DNA from: a virus
Virus record (IMG/VR): IMGVR_UViG_3300025597_000001
Length of the DNA: 58,446 nt
Reading direction: 5' to 3' (one strand)
The notes below the pieces were generated by a model. The model searched no databases and was not told the origin of the DNA. It saw only the letters and a program-made list of their open reading frames with translations. The position numbers and the translations under genes are program-made. The stretch's first letter is position 1, and the number at the start of each line of letters is the position of its first letter. Positions 25,024-35,449 of the stretch are shown one piece after another.

Positions 25024-25544
25024 GTAACGAATCTAAATTGGACAAAGGTCTTGCAAAGGCGAGAAAGATTGCTTTAGAGCACGTACAGAAATGCTTGGAA
25101 GATGCCTGTGATGAACTCGTTCGACATGCACAAAAGAACTACAAGTCTCCAATCGGTTCGTTTACTGGGAATACAATTACCAGTTACTCTGTTGGATTAT
25201 ACATAGATGGAGTGTTTATGTATTACTACAGCGACGATGGAATAAAGCCACCAAAGAGAGCTAAACTAACCAAGAAAGAAGGGAGGGTAACGTTATCTCC
25301 AGACTGGGACGGACGAACAAGAAGCATGTATGCTTCAATAGACACAAAAGGTGGTTATGGAATCGATTATGCGTTTGATTTCTTAAACAGCTACAAATCG
25401 AAAACCAAAGGAATAGAAATAGTTATGTGTTCAGGGACAGAATATTCTTCTTATATTCAAGATGTTTTAGGTGGAAACGTATTAACCAAAACAAAAGATG
25501 AGGCAGAATCTATTTTGATGTCTAACATGAAACCGATGAAATAA
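25020..25544 (+). CDS. Head-tail joining / neck protein candidate
   Basis: 174 aa, coupled ORF in the neck block. Confidence 0.4.
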   Translation: MSNESKLDKGLAKARKIALEHVQKCLEDACDELVRHAQKNYKSPIGSFTGNTITSYSVGLYIDGVFMYYYSDDGIKPPKRAKLTKKEGRVTLSPDWDGRTRSMYASIDTKGGYGIDYAFDFLNSYKSKTKGIEIVMCSGTEYSSYIQDVLGGNVLTKTKDEAESILMSNMKPMK

Positions 25545-25924
25545 TGGCAAAGGCATTTCCAAGAAGAGATATTCTGTATTCGTTATACAATAAACTGTCT
25601 AAGATATGTAATGTGTATATATCTAATAGACCAACATCAACTCCTGTGGAAGAAACTAATTTTATAGTAATAGACATTACTGGAACAATGAGCAATAAGA
25701 ACGCCTATCAGGAAGCAACGTTGCGAATAGACCTTTTTAGAAAAGACTTTGCAGGTGGAATAGAAGATGTTGAAGGATTAGACAGTCTTTACAGTCAACT
25801 TATAGTAATGTTTCCAATAGTTACTGATAAATTTACTGCAATATCTCCGAGATTGGTTTCTGGAGGAAGTGATGACAAAGGATTTCACTACTTGATGGTG
25901 TACGCTGATATTTTGACAAAATAA
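25544..25924 (+). CDS. Tail completion/terminator candidate
   Basis: 126 aa, the last small ORF before the tail tube gene. Confidence 0.4.
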   Translation: MAKAFPRRDILYSLYNKLSKICNVYISNRPTSTPVEETNFIVIDITGTMSNKNAYQEATLRIDLFRKDFAGGIEDVEGLDSLYSQLIVMFPIVTDKFTAISPRLVSGGSDDKGFHYLMVYADILTK

Positions 25925-25953
25925 ACAATTTAACAATTTAACAATTTACAATT

Positions 25954-26514
25954 ATGGCAGAAATGACAATTACGAAAAAGCTGACAGATTTGCAGTCAGT
26001 TTTTGACAAGGTTAAAAGGGTGTTTTATGATGACACTGTAAACATAAATCTAAACACCGTTACGTCGCTCGATTTTGAGTTACCAGTTATTGAAGACAGT
26101 TTTTCTTTTGACAGTGGGGCTGTAAGTATTTCCTCAGTTAAGATAACTACCGGTCAAAAATGGGCAAGTTATGTTACCGCTGGAGACCCAAGCATTACAA
26201 TGCAGGTTGCATCTGTTGACGATGACATTGCAAAACTATTTATGACTGAAAAGGGAACGGCTATTACCGGAGTTTCTTCTATTGATGGGTTTAATATCAC
26301 CGGACAAGGATATTCTACCGAAACGAAAAAGGTTACTGGTTCGCTTATTCTGGCTTCGGAAGATGGAACGAGATTGATTGCGCTTCCTAATGTAGAAATG
26401 TTTGCAAATCCTGTAATAGCATCAGGAACTCCAGCATACTTCAATGTACAGGTGTTTACTAAACCTAATGCAGATGGTGCTGACATTATCTTGTTGAATG
26501 GAGCTAAACCTTAA
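25954..26514 (+). CDS. Major tail (tube) protein
   Basis: 186 aa. It sits immediately upstream of the chaperone pair and tape measure and is followed by a strong terminator. Confidence 0.6.
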   Translation: MAEMTITKKLTDLQSVFDKVKRVFYDDTVNINLNTVTSLDFELPVIEDSFSFDSGAVSISSVKITTGQKWASYVTAGDPSITMQVASVDDDIAKLFMTEKGTAITGVSSIDGFNITGQGYSTETKKVTGSLILASEDGTRLIALPNVEMFANPVIASGTPAYFNVQVFTKPNADGADIILLNGAKP

Positions 26515-26540
26515 CGGATAATCCTTTTTAATAACACTAA

Positions 26541-26571
26541 GGGTGGTGCGAAAAATCACCGCCCTTTTTTT
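26541..26571 (+). terminator. Intrinsic terminator after the tail tube gene
   Basis: gggtggtg-cgaaaaat-caccgccc (8 bp including one G-U) followed by ttttttt. Confidence 0.7.
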
Positions 26572-26581
26572 AAATAAGAAT

Positions 26582-27034
26582 ATGGCAAAAGTAAAACAAC
26601 CTAATAAAGAGGTTCAAGACGAGTTAAACTCAATCATAGAGAATCTACCAGATTATGCAAAAATCAGAAATAAGATTTATAAAATAAGATGGCTACATGC
26701 TGGAACGGTAAGAAAGATTAATCAGATAATACTTAAAGAAGGGAATGATTCTATAGCTAACTATCAGGTTGCTGCATGTATTATCTTAAATGGTTTCCTA
26801 AAGATTAAATTCATCTATCCTTTCTTATGGAGATGGTTTTATTATGTAAAACAGTACTCAGAAGCCGACTTAACAGAAGTATTAGCTATTGGTAAAAAAA
26901 AAATACCGCTGCAGTCGTACTTCGTGAATACCATATTGATGACAGATATGAGGGATACGATGATGATGATGACCAAGAAAGAAGTGTATTCTATCCGTCA
27001 AGAACAAAATATGGAGCAGCGTGGGATTATTTAA
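26582..27034 (+). CDS. Tail assembly chaperone (gpG-like)
   Basis: The ATG at 26582 lies after the terminator (the track start 26543 is a GTG inside the hairpin). Canonical position between tube and tape measure. Confidence 0.6.
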   Translation: MAKVKQPNKEVQDELNSIIENLPDYAKIRNKIYKIRWLHAGTVRKINQIILKEGNDSIANYQVAACIILNGFLKIKFIYPFLWRWFYYVKQYSEADLTEVLAIGKKKIPLQSYFVNTILMTDMRDTMMMMTKKEVYSIRQEQNMEQRGII

Positions 27035-27249
27035 AAGACTATAATTGGATGATGCAGCCTAAAACCATATTATTTTATAAGATACCAATGTATCACTATA
27101 GTTGGACGATGACAAATGCACAACTTGAGTTAATCATAAGTGATAAACCAGTATCTTATATTAAACCAGAAAAGAAAAAATTTAGTAAACCATCCGCAGA
27201 AAGAATAAATCGCTCGATTGAAAACTATAAAAAAAGAACCAAAAAATAA
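26582..27249 (+). CDS. Tail assembly chaperone -1 frameshift fusion (gpGT-like)
   Basis: The -1 frame is open from 26896 to 27249 and overlaps the G frame. The shift site is the A10 run at 26894-26903. The track's 27049..27249 ORF is the distal part of this frame. Confidence 0.55.
26894..26903 (+). promoter_or_regulatory. Slippery run A10 (GGT AAA AAA AAA ATA) for a programmed -1 frameshift
   Basis: It contains A_AAA_AAA heptamers in the zero frame. The -1 frame has its last upstream stop at 26893-26895. Confidence 0.55.
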
Positions 27250-27251
27250 TC

Positions 27252-30200
27252 ATGGCAAAACTCGGCTCACTATATTTCTCTATCCTATATAAAGACGACC
27301 CAAAGCAACTTGAGACAATCAAGAAAAGAGCGTTAAAACAGCTTAAAAATCTTGAGGTTAAATTAAAAGTTAATCCTACAACCACTGGAACTACTACTAA
27401 AAGTGGAAAGTCAAGGACTGCTGCCACTAAAGAGGAAATAGGATACATAGAACAACTAATTCAAAGAACAAAGGAATTAGAACAGGAATATAGAAAACTA
27501 CCCAAGTCAGCCGATGCAACCAAAACTATACAGGAATTTTCTAAAGTTAGAAAAGAACTGGATGACATGGGAAAAAACCTTATTGATGCGTCTAAAAAAC
27601 AGAACTTGGCGGAAGGAAGCCTTGTATCTTATAGAGCTGAATTATCAAAACTAATTTATGAATATGACAGGTTGAGTGCAGCAGAGAGAGAGGCTGCTGC
27701 CGGAAAAGAACTACTTAAAAACATTCAACAAACAACTATAAAATTAAATGATGCCGAACAAGCATCAATGCGTTACCAGAGAAATGTGGGTAACTATAAA
27801 TCTGGTTTTAATGGTCTTACATTTCAGATACAACAGTTAGCCAGAGAGCTGCCGTCTATTGCTTATGGGGCTAATATATTCTTTGCAGCCATATCCAACA
27901 ACCTTCCAATGTTTACCGACGAGGTAAAAAGAGCCAAAGAAGAATACAAGCAACTTAAAAAAGAACAGGCAGATGGCATAAATACGAACAAAAAAGCCGT
28001 ACCTGTTTGGAAGCAAATCACTGCAAGTATATTTAGCTGGCAGACGGCTATTGTTGCTGCTGTAACCGTATTAACACTATACGGAGCTAAAATAGTTGAA
28101 GCCATAGGTAGTATGTTGAAATTTGGTGATGCAACAAAACTAACCAAAAAGGAAATTAAAGAATTAGGTAAAACTTTCGCAGAGGCTGCAGGAAGTGAAA
28201 TAGCCAAGTTAGACGTATTATTCAATAATCTTGATAAAACAAGAGAAGGAACTTTAGAGTGGTACGATGCGAGAAATAAGATACTTGAGCAACATCCAAG
28301 TTTATTATCTTCAATGGATTCGGAGATAACATCACTTCACGACAAGGCTGGTGCATATAGACTATTAAGAGATGAAATATACGCAACGGCAAAAGCGGAG
28401 GCAATAGAAAAGGCAACAAAAAAACCACGAGAAGAAGCAATAGACGTAGCAACAACAAATTACAATAAAATATATGACCAAGCCGTAATAAAAAAAGGTA
28501 AAGATTATGCAGATGATTTTATTAATCGTTTGAGAAAAGATATAGAGACTACAGGAAAAATGTCTGCCGAATTAGATAAAGAAATTAGTAATATATTCAC
28601 AAAAAGAACAAAAGAAAAAATTACAGACAAATGGGGAGATACATACGAGGTGGTATTTAAAGAAAATAAAATTTTACCACTTATAGATGAAATAACAAAA
28701 GCACAAGATGTATTCAGAAAGAAAACAGAAGATGCTGAATCGTTATTTGATTGGTTGAAAATCACAGATAAAGACGTTAAAGAAAATAAAGAATTTTTAA
28801 CAAGACAGAGAAACATTTTACAAACACAACTTGAAGGTTTAACCAAAACAGAGGCTGCTGGAGTTAAGGGATTACAACTAAAAAAACAAATCAAAGCCAT
28901 AGACGACGCCATTGATGCAGCTTACGGAACAGGAGATACAGAGAGAACAGGACGGGCAGAGAAAGAAAACGACCCGTTAAAAGAACGTGTTGCTTTATTA
29001 ATGGAGGCTAATGCTTTATATGAAGAATGGTTGAAAATATCCGGCATAGACAAAGCCAAGAGTGTGGCAAAAGCACTTTATCCTGACTTTGACCCAGACA
29101 CGCTTCGTTCGGAGTTAGAGAATATACAGAAAACAGGAAGTAAAGAGGCAAGCAAAGAAGCAACCAAAGCATTAATAGGTCTTGATAAAAATACCGTTGA
29201 AATTTCATTAAGTGATGTTGAAAAACAGATTACCGAAACCATCGCAAAGTGGGATTTATTCTCTAAACTATACAAAGAATCTGGTGATTATCAATTTTCT
29301 ATTAATGCAGCGTTAGAAGGTAAAGTTGGGTTTAAGTCAGTATTGGAACAATTACAGAAGGAAATAGAAGATGCGATAAAAGGAAATAAATTTGGTGTTT
29401 CGTTTAACGATATTATCAAAGCAGATGAAAGAACTGTTACGGGAATGTTTGGCGGAAAAACATCAGCTCTTGTCAAGGCATATCAAGACGAATCAAAGAA
29501 ACTGTCCGATGAAAGTTTAATGCGGGCTGCCGAACTACTAAGCACTTATAAAAACTACGAACAACAACGTAGAGATATAATTGCTAAAGGAGAACAGGAT
29601 GTAGCCGATTTGATTCAAAATGGAGCATCGCAAGAAGCCATAAAAGAAGCACAAAAAAGAACAGAAGAGGCTATTGCATCATTAAATTTTGAAGAGTTCA
29701 AAGGAACAGATTCGTGGATTAAGGCATTTGAAGATATAGATAGACTTTCTACGTCAACTATTGACAATATTATATCCGATTTAGAGAACTTTAAATCATC
29801 CGCAGGAAAAAACCTTAAAGTTGATGAATTTAAAGAACTCATGTCTGTTCTTAAAAAGCTAAGGAACGAATATGAATCACGCAATCCATTTAAGTCTCTT
29901 ATAGAAGGAATTATTGAGTATTCTGATGCAACTAAACGACTTAAAAAGGCTAATGAAAATCTAAATATTATTCAGTCTGGTGGAAAAGTACAAACAGGAT
30001 ATACACCTACCTATACAACTAAAACAGATACGAGTGGAGCTATTCCTACTACAAGAAAAGAAGTAACAGGACTAACCGCACAATACAAGACACTTGGACA
30101 AGCACAAGAAGATGTTGCTAACGCAAGTAACGACGTTAAAACAGCTCAAGACAAAATAGGCGATGCCTTTAAAAATGCAAAACCATATTTAGAATCGGCT

Positions 30201-31346
30201 TTAGTAGCACTTGGTGGACTTCAATCAATGTTTGAATCTCTTGGAGATGACGACATGGCTGAAAACATCGGATATGCTATGGATGCTTTAGGTTCAGTGC
30301 AAAACATAGGTCAAGCATTTGCACAAGGTGGAGTTGCAGGAGGAATAATGGCTTCTTTAGGCGAAGTAGCTAATTGGGTTGGAAAGATAGCACAAGCTCA
30401 CGACAATAAGCTCAATAAATCAATCAAAAAAAGCGAGGCAGAAGTTAAGAAATTAGAATCCGCTTATAAACTAATTGAGGCTTCTTTAAGTCGCTCTCTT
30501 GGAAATCAGAATGAGTTAATACAAGCGCAAAAGAAAAATCTTGAACTACAATTACAGGAGCTTAAAGTTCAGAGAGACGCAGAGGCAGCAAAGAAACATT
30601 CTGACAAAGCTAAATTGGCTGATTACGACGCTGCGATAGCTTCTGCCGAACAGAATCTACAGTATTTTGCAGAAGATGCAGCAAAAGACCTTTACAATAT
30701 AGACCTTAAAGGATGGGCTTCTCAATTGGGTGATGCACTCTTTGAGGCATGGAAGAAGGGCGAAGATGGTGCAATGGCATTCAAAAAAACATCGGCTGAG
30801 ATATTGGCTGGCGTATTAAATGATATACTTAAAATAGCTGTTTTAGAGCCAATGATGGAAAAGTTACGCATTATGCTGTTTGGTGAAGATGGGAAGAGTG
30901 GATTTATGAGTGATAGTAAACTTGATGAAAATGAATTAAAACAATTATCAGGTGCTATAATGGAGGGGGCTGATAGCGTAGATTCTCTTAATAAAGTATA
31001 CGATGATTTGAATAATTATTTTAAGGCTAATTATGGTATTGACCTAAAAGAGGTTGGAAATAAGGCAGAAGGATTATCAAACGACATTAAAGGAATAACC
31101 GAAGACACAGCTTCATTACTTGCTTCTTATGTTAACGGCATTAGGGCTGACGTTGCTATACAATTAGACATTGTTAGGTCGTTTGTAGATTCAGATATAC
31201 CAGAGATAACATCAATAGGTAAGGCACAATTGATTCACTTACAGAACATCGCTAAGTTCACAGAGAAATCATCAAAGATGGCAGAAGATATAATGGATTT
31301 GTTAAACTCTGTTTCGGCTGGTACAAAATCGTTAAAAGTAAAATAA
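27252..31346 (+). CDS. Tape measure protein
   Basis: 1364 aa, highly helical and K/E/A-rich, with hydrophobic segments (for example IFFAAISNNLPMF, AIVAAVTVLTLYGA). It follows the chaperone pair. Confidence 0.85.
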   Translation: MAKLGSLYFSILYKDDPKQLETIKKRALKQLKNLEVKLKVNPTTTGTTTKSGKSRTAATKEEIGYIEQLIQRTKELEQEYRKLPKSADATKTIQEFSKVRKELDDMGKNLIDASKKQNLAEGSLVSYRAELSKLIYEYDRLSAAEREAAAGKELLKNIQQTTIKLNDAEQASMRYQRNVGNYKSGFNGLTFQIQQLARELPSIAYGANIFFAAISNNLPMFTDEVKRAKEEYKQLKKEQADGINTNKKAVPVWKQITASIFSWQTAIVAAVTVLTLYGAKIVEAIGSMLKFGDATKLTKKEIKELGKTFAEAAGSEIAKLDVLFNNLDKTREGTLEWYDARNKILEQHPSLLSSMDSEITSLHDKAGAYRLLRDEIYATAKAEAIEKATKKPREEAIDVATTNYNKIYDQAVIKKGKDYADDFINRLRKDIETTGKMSAELDKEISNIFTKRTKEKITDKWGDTYEVVFKENKILPLIDEITKAQDVFRKKTEDAESLFDWLKITDKDVKENKEFLTRQRNILQTQLEGLTKTEAAGVKGLQLKKQIKAIDDAIDAAYGTGDTERTGRAEKENDPLKERVALLMEANALYEEWLKISGIDKAKSVAKALYPDFDPDTLRSELENIQKTGSKEASKEATKALIGLDKNTVEISLSDVEKQITETIAKWDLFSKLYKESGDYQFSINAALEGKVGFKSVLEQLQKEIEDAIKGNKFGVSFNDIIKADERTVTGMFGGKTSALVKAYQDESKKLSDESLMRAAELLSTYKNYEQQRRDIIAKGEQDVADLIQNGASQEAIKEAQKRTEEAIASLNFEEFKGTDSWIKAFEDIDRLSTSTIDNIISDLENFKSSAGKNLKVDEFKELMSVLKKLRNEYESRNPFKSLIEGIIEYSDATKRLKKANENLNIIQSGGKVQTGYTPTYTTKTDTSGAIPTTRKEVTGLTAQYKTLGQAQEDVANASNDVKTAQDKIGDAFKNAKPYLESALVALGGLQSMFESLGDDDMAENIGYAMDALGSVQNIGQAFAQGGVAGGIMASLGEVANWVGKIAQAHDNKLNKSIKKSEAEVKKLESAYKLIEASLSRSLGNQNELIQAQKKNLELQLQELKVQRDAEAAKKHSDKAKLADYDAAIASAEQNLQYFAEDAAKDLYNIDLKGWASQLGDALFEAWKKGEDGAMAFKKTSAEILAGVLNDILKIAVLEPMMEKLRIMLFGEDGKSGFMSDSKLDENELKQLSGAIMEGADSVDSLNKVYDDLNNYFKANYGIDLKEVGNKAEGLSNDIKGITEDTASLLASYVNGIRADVAIQLDIVRSFVDSDIPEITSIGKAQLIHLQNIAKFTEKSSKMAEDIMDLLNSVSAGTKSLKVK

Positions 31347-31347
31347 C

Positions 31348-31848
31348 ATGAACATAAAAGAAATGAACATTGAATTAAGAAGACAGGCAAGACAATTAGG
31401 TCTTTGCGATAAGTGGTTCAATGAATGGGATTTAAACTCCGGTTATCAAGAGTTAATCGACAAGTATAAAAAAGGTATTGACTTCGCAATGGAACATAAC
31501 TTCCCTTCTAATGAATTTATAGTTGATAACATAGGCAAAGAAATACTTGAAAAGAATAACATCTATGTAAACACGGAATTTTACGAATATAATCCTAAAA
31601 GTGATTGTGTTATTCTCGATAGTGAAGGAAAATTGATATTTGGTGGTTTTTCCGTAAGAGATATATATATTAATGGAGAATCAGATGTAGAGATAGAAGC
31701 TGCAGACAACTCAAAAATATTTGTAAGTATTTACGGAAATCCTTCTGTACACATAATACAACGTGGATTGGCAGAAGTTTACACGTATAATTACGGTGAT
31801 GGACAAATTACTTTTTCAGGAAACGTAAATGTAGAGAAAAAATATTGA
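31348..31848 (+). CDS. Hypothetical protein (inserted between tape measure and Dit-like gene)
   Basis: 166-aa ORF with no motif recognised. Confidence 0.5.
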   Translation: MNIKEMNIELRRQARQLGLCDKWFNEWDLNSGYQELIDKYKKGIDFAMEHNFPSNEFIVDNIGKEILEKNNIYVNTEFYEYNPKSDCVILDSEGKLIFGGFSVRDIYINGESDVEIEAADNSKIFVSIYGNPSVHIIQRGLAEVYTYNYGDGQITFSGNVNVEKKY

Positions 31849-31899
31849 AAAAATCGTGGTTTTTTGTTTTTATTTTATTATATTTGTAGAAAAAATAAC

Positions 31900-32385
31900 A
31901 TGGCGGTAGTAGATTATACGATATTATTCCAGAAAGAAAAAACAGGGTCATCATTAAAGGATTTGGTTAATGATTTTGATATGGTTTGTTTGTCATTTCC
32001 TCTTCAACTTGACTTGGAAGCAAAGGACGTTGTTTCCGATGATTGGCCGGAAGAAGACGGGGAAGATTGGTTTGAGCCGGATGTTCTACCATTAAAGGCT
32101 TATGACATAAACGTAGAGATAGGATATTCCGGTGATAATTGGGGAACAAAGATAGAATCATTCCTTAATTACCTTACCGGTCAAGACGGAAGTGGGGTAA
32201 AGATAAAGATGTACGACGTTCATACCGGAATAGGAAGAAAAGGAGTTCGATTTGTGAGTTATAAACCTAATCTTTCTGGTTACGACGGAAAACTTATGAC
32301 ATTTACGTTAAGATTTAGGGTTGCAGACCCAAGAACAAAGGTAACCCCTCAATATACGGGAAGTGAAATAACTGGATTAAACTAA
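31900..32385 (+). CDS. Distal tail protein (Dit)-like
   Basis: The ATG at 31900 is preferred. About 160 aa, in the first baseplate position after the TMP region. Confidence 0.45.
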   Translation: MAVVDYTILFQKEKTGSSLKDLVNDFDMVCLSFPLQLDLEAKDVVSDDWPEEDGEDWFEPDVLPLKAYDINVEIGYSGDNWGTKIESFLNYLTGQDGSGVKIKMYDVHTGIGRKGVRFVSYKPNLSGYDGKLMTFTLRFRVADPRTKVTPQYTGSEITGLN

Positions 32386-35231
32386 TGAGTTGGAAAGTTT
32401 ATAATAAGAGTGGCGTAGAGCTTTGTGAGATTCACAAATTAGAATATAGTGGGTCGTTTATGGGTGAGAAATTTATTACTGCATCCATAAAATCACCATA
32501 CCCAATTAACTTCTCTATAGGCGATTATGTAACCTATCGTGGAGAGAGGTTTACGTTAAACTATGACCCAACAACAATCAAGAAGGCTGCCGTAAACAAG
32601 GCTGGTGATGCATTTACCTATGATAATATAAAATTCAATAGTTATTCAGATGAATTAGTGCGATGTGAATTTTTGGACTATGTTTTAAACGACAATCTGA
32701 TTCATTTTTCATCCTTACCTACATTTGGATTCCACGCAGTAACCGTGCACGATTTGGCAGAAAGAATACAAGCAAATCTTGATAGAATATACACAGGAGA
32801 CAGTGCGTGGACAGTAACGGCAGATGACACAAACGTAAGTGTAACAAACGTATTTATAAACGCAGACAGAATAAACGTGTGGGAAGCGTTATCATTTGCC
32901 TCTTCCGTATTTAAAACAAACTTTATTATTCGTGGAAGAACCATCTCTATAGGAACGGCAGGGAATATAATAGACGATATATTTGAATATGGTAAAGGAA
33001 GTGGATTAAACAAGATAACAAGGGTGGCAGACGCCGAACAAAAAATTATAACCCGACTGAGAGTATATGGTAGCACAAGGAACTTACCCCTGCATTACTA
33101 TAAGAAATTAGGAGGAGACACCCCCTATGTTCCTAACAATATGGCTGTTAACAACCTTATGTTACCAGACTTTCCACAGACATTAAACCCATACCTTGAC
33201 AGTCCGAACATAGCTACTTTGGGAATAATGGAAGGTAGTGTATTCTTTGACGGAAGCGACCCATCACTACCTGAGATATACCCATCACTTGAAGGAATGA
33301 CAGCATCTCAATTAAGTGCAGCTGGCATAATAGTCAATTTAGATTCTGGAGACAACGGTAATTTGGATGAGGTAGCTGCCGATTCAGTAAATAGTGATGG
33401 CACTCCAATTACCGATAACGGTATATTTGAAGAAGGCGCAAACGTACCATCATTCAAGATAACCTTAAAAGATATTGGAATAGTTACATTTGATATAAAC
33501 GATTACTTATCAGCCAACACTCCCACTATCTCAATGAAAAACGGCCTATGCGGCGGCAGAGAGTTTGAGATACTTTCATGCGTAAAAGAAGGCAACAAGT
33601 ACATACTTACATGTAACAGGGTATTGGACGAAGGTATAGGACTGTATTTCCCGTATGCCTCAATGAACATAAAAGCTGGCGATAAATTTGTCCTCTTAAA
33701 CATAGAAATGCCAGAGGTATATATAGAGGCAGCTTCGCAAAGATTATTATCAGCAGGACAAGAATATCTATCTAAGAATGACTATGTAAGATACACATAC
33801 GAAGTTGATATTTCTCCTGTATATATGGCTTCACATCAGTCCTTGCATGACACTATTTTAGAGGGAGACTACTTACAATTTGCCGATACTGATTTAGGAA
33901 TAGCCGGAAGTATTATAATAGACAACTTAAACATAAAAGAAGGAGATGAAATTATTCCGTCCTATAAAATAACCCTCTCCGACGAAAAGCAGGTTGGAAC
34001 GATTCAAAGAATACAAAACCAGATTAATTACATCCTAAGTGGTGCAAATGGCTCTATTGTTGACCCTAAACAAGTAGAAAGTTTAATCAACTTAATAGGA
34101 GATAAACAATTTCTTTCTAAAGTATCAGCAGATACAGCCCAAAAGCTAATAAAGTTTCTTGAAGGGATAGAAATAGGCTCATTCAGTTCCGGACTACTTG
34201 GTTCTGGCGCAGCAATTAAGAATGTAGCAGGTACTTCGATAGCAGAGGTTGACCAATTACTTGTGAGACAAAGGGCGGAGTTCTTTTCAGTCTTAATACA
34301 CGAAGCAAGAAGTGTTGGTGGTCAGTTGATTATCAGTGCAGCTAATATGTTGTGCACAAAAGTAGAAGAAACTACAGATTTTTACAGATGCTACTTTGAT
34401 TCAAAAGACGGAGAGGCTACTAACTTATTTGAAAACACTGATTTTGCCCGATGTCAGATATTCACTGGAACTAAACAGAAGTTCTATTGGAGAAAAGTCG
34501 TTTCGGTAGGACAAGATTATATTGAATTAAGCAAAACAGATTGTGCTCTGAATAGTGATGTACCAGAGGCGGGAGATTCAATCTTTCAACTTGGTTCAAC
34601 CGATGTAAACCGACAAGGGGCGATGATACTCTCAACCGTAGGAAACGATGCACCATCCTTCATTCAATACTCGGGTATAAACTCGTATGACTTAACAGGA
34701 AAAGAAACGACTAAATTCACAAGACTTGGTAACAGAATAGTAGGTAGTACCGTATTTCTTTCGGGCGGTCAAGACCTTGATACTTGGGTGGACGAAACAT
34801 CACAAGATTTAGAAGACGTTTCTAATGAAGTTAGCGGAAAGAATACAACTTTTTTTGCTAAACCAACTTCTTATGTAAAGGGAGATACGTGGTTTCTAAT
34901 GGAAGATATGGTTGTAGGTGAAATACCATATAAAAAAGGCACAATGTTGAAGGCGGTCTATTCTACTGGTTCAGACTATGATTGGAGGTTAGTATTTGAA
35001 GAAGACCCAACGCAGACCACAGATGGAATAAACCTTATAAGAAACTATGATTTAAGATTAGACATGTCCTTATGGGGAGAGGCGAGTGGATATGGAGAAT
35101 TAACACCGGAAGAACTCAATGCACTTCCAACTGATTTTTACACAAAAAATCTTAACGTGATTGGAGACGAATATGGTTATAATATGGCAATAGTAACAGA
35201 AAATAACGAACTAATAACTTTATACGAATAA
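32385..35231 (+). CDS. Tail-associated/baseplate hub protein (Tal-like)
   Basis: 948 aa, following the Dit-like gene with an ATGA overlap. This is the typical siphovirus order TMP-Dit-Tal. Confidence 0.55.
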   Translation: MSWKVYNKSGVELCEIHKLEYSGSFMGEKFITASIKSPYPINFSIGDYVTYRGERFTLNYDPTTIKKAAVNKAGDAFTYDNIKFNSYSDELVRCEFLDYVLNDNLIHFSSLPTFGFHAVTVHDLAERIQANLDRIYTGDSAWTVTADDTNVSVTNVFINADRINVWEALSFASSVFKTNFIIRGRTISIGTAGNIIDDIFEYGKGSGLNKITRVADAEQKIITRLRVYGSTRNLPLHYYKKLGGDTPYVPNNMAVNNLMLPDFPQTLNPYLDSPNIATLGIMEGSVFFDGSDPSLPEIYPSLEGMTASQLSAAGIIVNLDSGDNGNLDEVAADSVNSDGTPITDNGIFEEGANVPSFKITLKDIGIVTFDINDYLSANTPTISMKNGLCGGREFEILSCVKEGNKYILTCNRVLDEGIGLYFPYASMNIKAGDKFVLLNIEMPEVYIEAASQRLLSAGQEYLSKNDYVRYTYEVDISPVYMASHQSLHDTILEGDYLQFADTDLGIAGSIIIDNLNIKEGDEIIPSYKITLSDEKQVGTIQRIQNQINYILSGANGSIVDPKQVESLINLIGDKQFLSKVSADTAQKLIKFLEGIEIGSFSSGLLGSGAAIKNVAGTSIAEVDQLLVRQRAEFFSVLIHEARSVGGQLIISAANMLCTKVEETTDFYRCYFDSKDGEATNLFENTDFARCQIFTGTKQKFYWRKVVSVGQDYIELSKTDCALNSDVPEAGDSIFQLGSTDVNRQGAMILSTVGNDAPSFIQYSGINSYDLTGKETTKFTRLGNRIVGSTVFLSGGQDLDTWVDETSQDLEDVSNEVSGKNTTFFAKPTSYVKGDTWFLMEDMVVGEIPYKKGTMLKAVYSTGSDYDWRLVFEEDPTQTTDGINLIRNYDLRLDMSLWGEASGYGELTPEELNALPTDFYTKNLNVIGDEYGYNMAIVTENNELITLYE

Positions 35232-35449
35232 TGGCTGAGATAAAATATATTAAAATTTCCAACATGCCAGTTGCAGAAACGACTGTTGGATTTAGTGCTT
35301 TAGGAATCAGAAAGAATATAGACAATACGGTAGATAACGTACAAGTTCCGTATTCGTTACTTATAGGTGCTACTCCTGTTATAACAGCAGAAGTAAACGA
35401 AAGTGGAGACCTTATAATGACTATTGACTATCAAAAAATACAGGAATGA
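35231..35449 (+). CDS. Small tail-module protein
   Basis: 72 aa, coupled on both sides. Confidence 0.45.
   Translation: MAEIKYIKISNMPVAETTVGFSALGIRKNIDNTVDNVQVPYSLLIGATPVITAEVNESGDLIMTIDYQKIQE

Noticed and set aside
27863-29884. Series of minus-strand ORFs (27863..28225, 28222..28458, 28505..28912, 29008..29208, 29078..29275, 29291..29476, 29615..29884) inside the tape measure gene
   Set aside because: Their products are low-complexity, Leu/Ser/Phe-rich strings. They lie antisense to a long, coherent 1364-aa ORF and are typical shadow ORFs of a K/E/A-rich gene.
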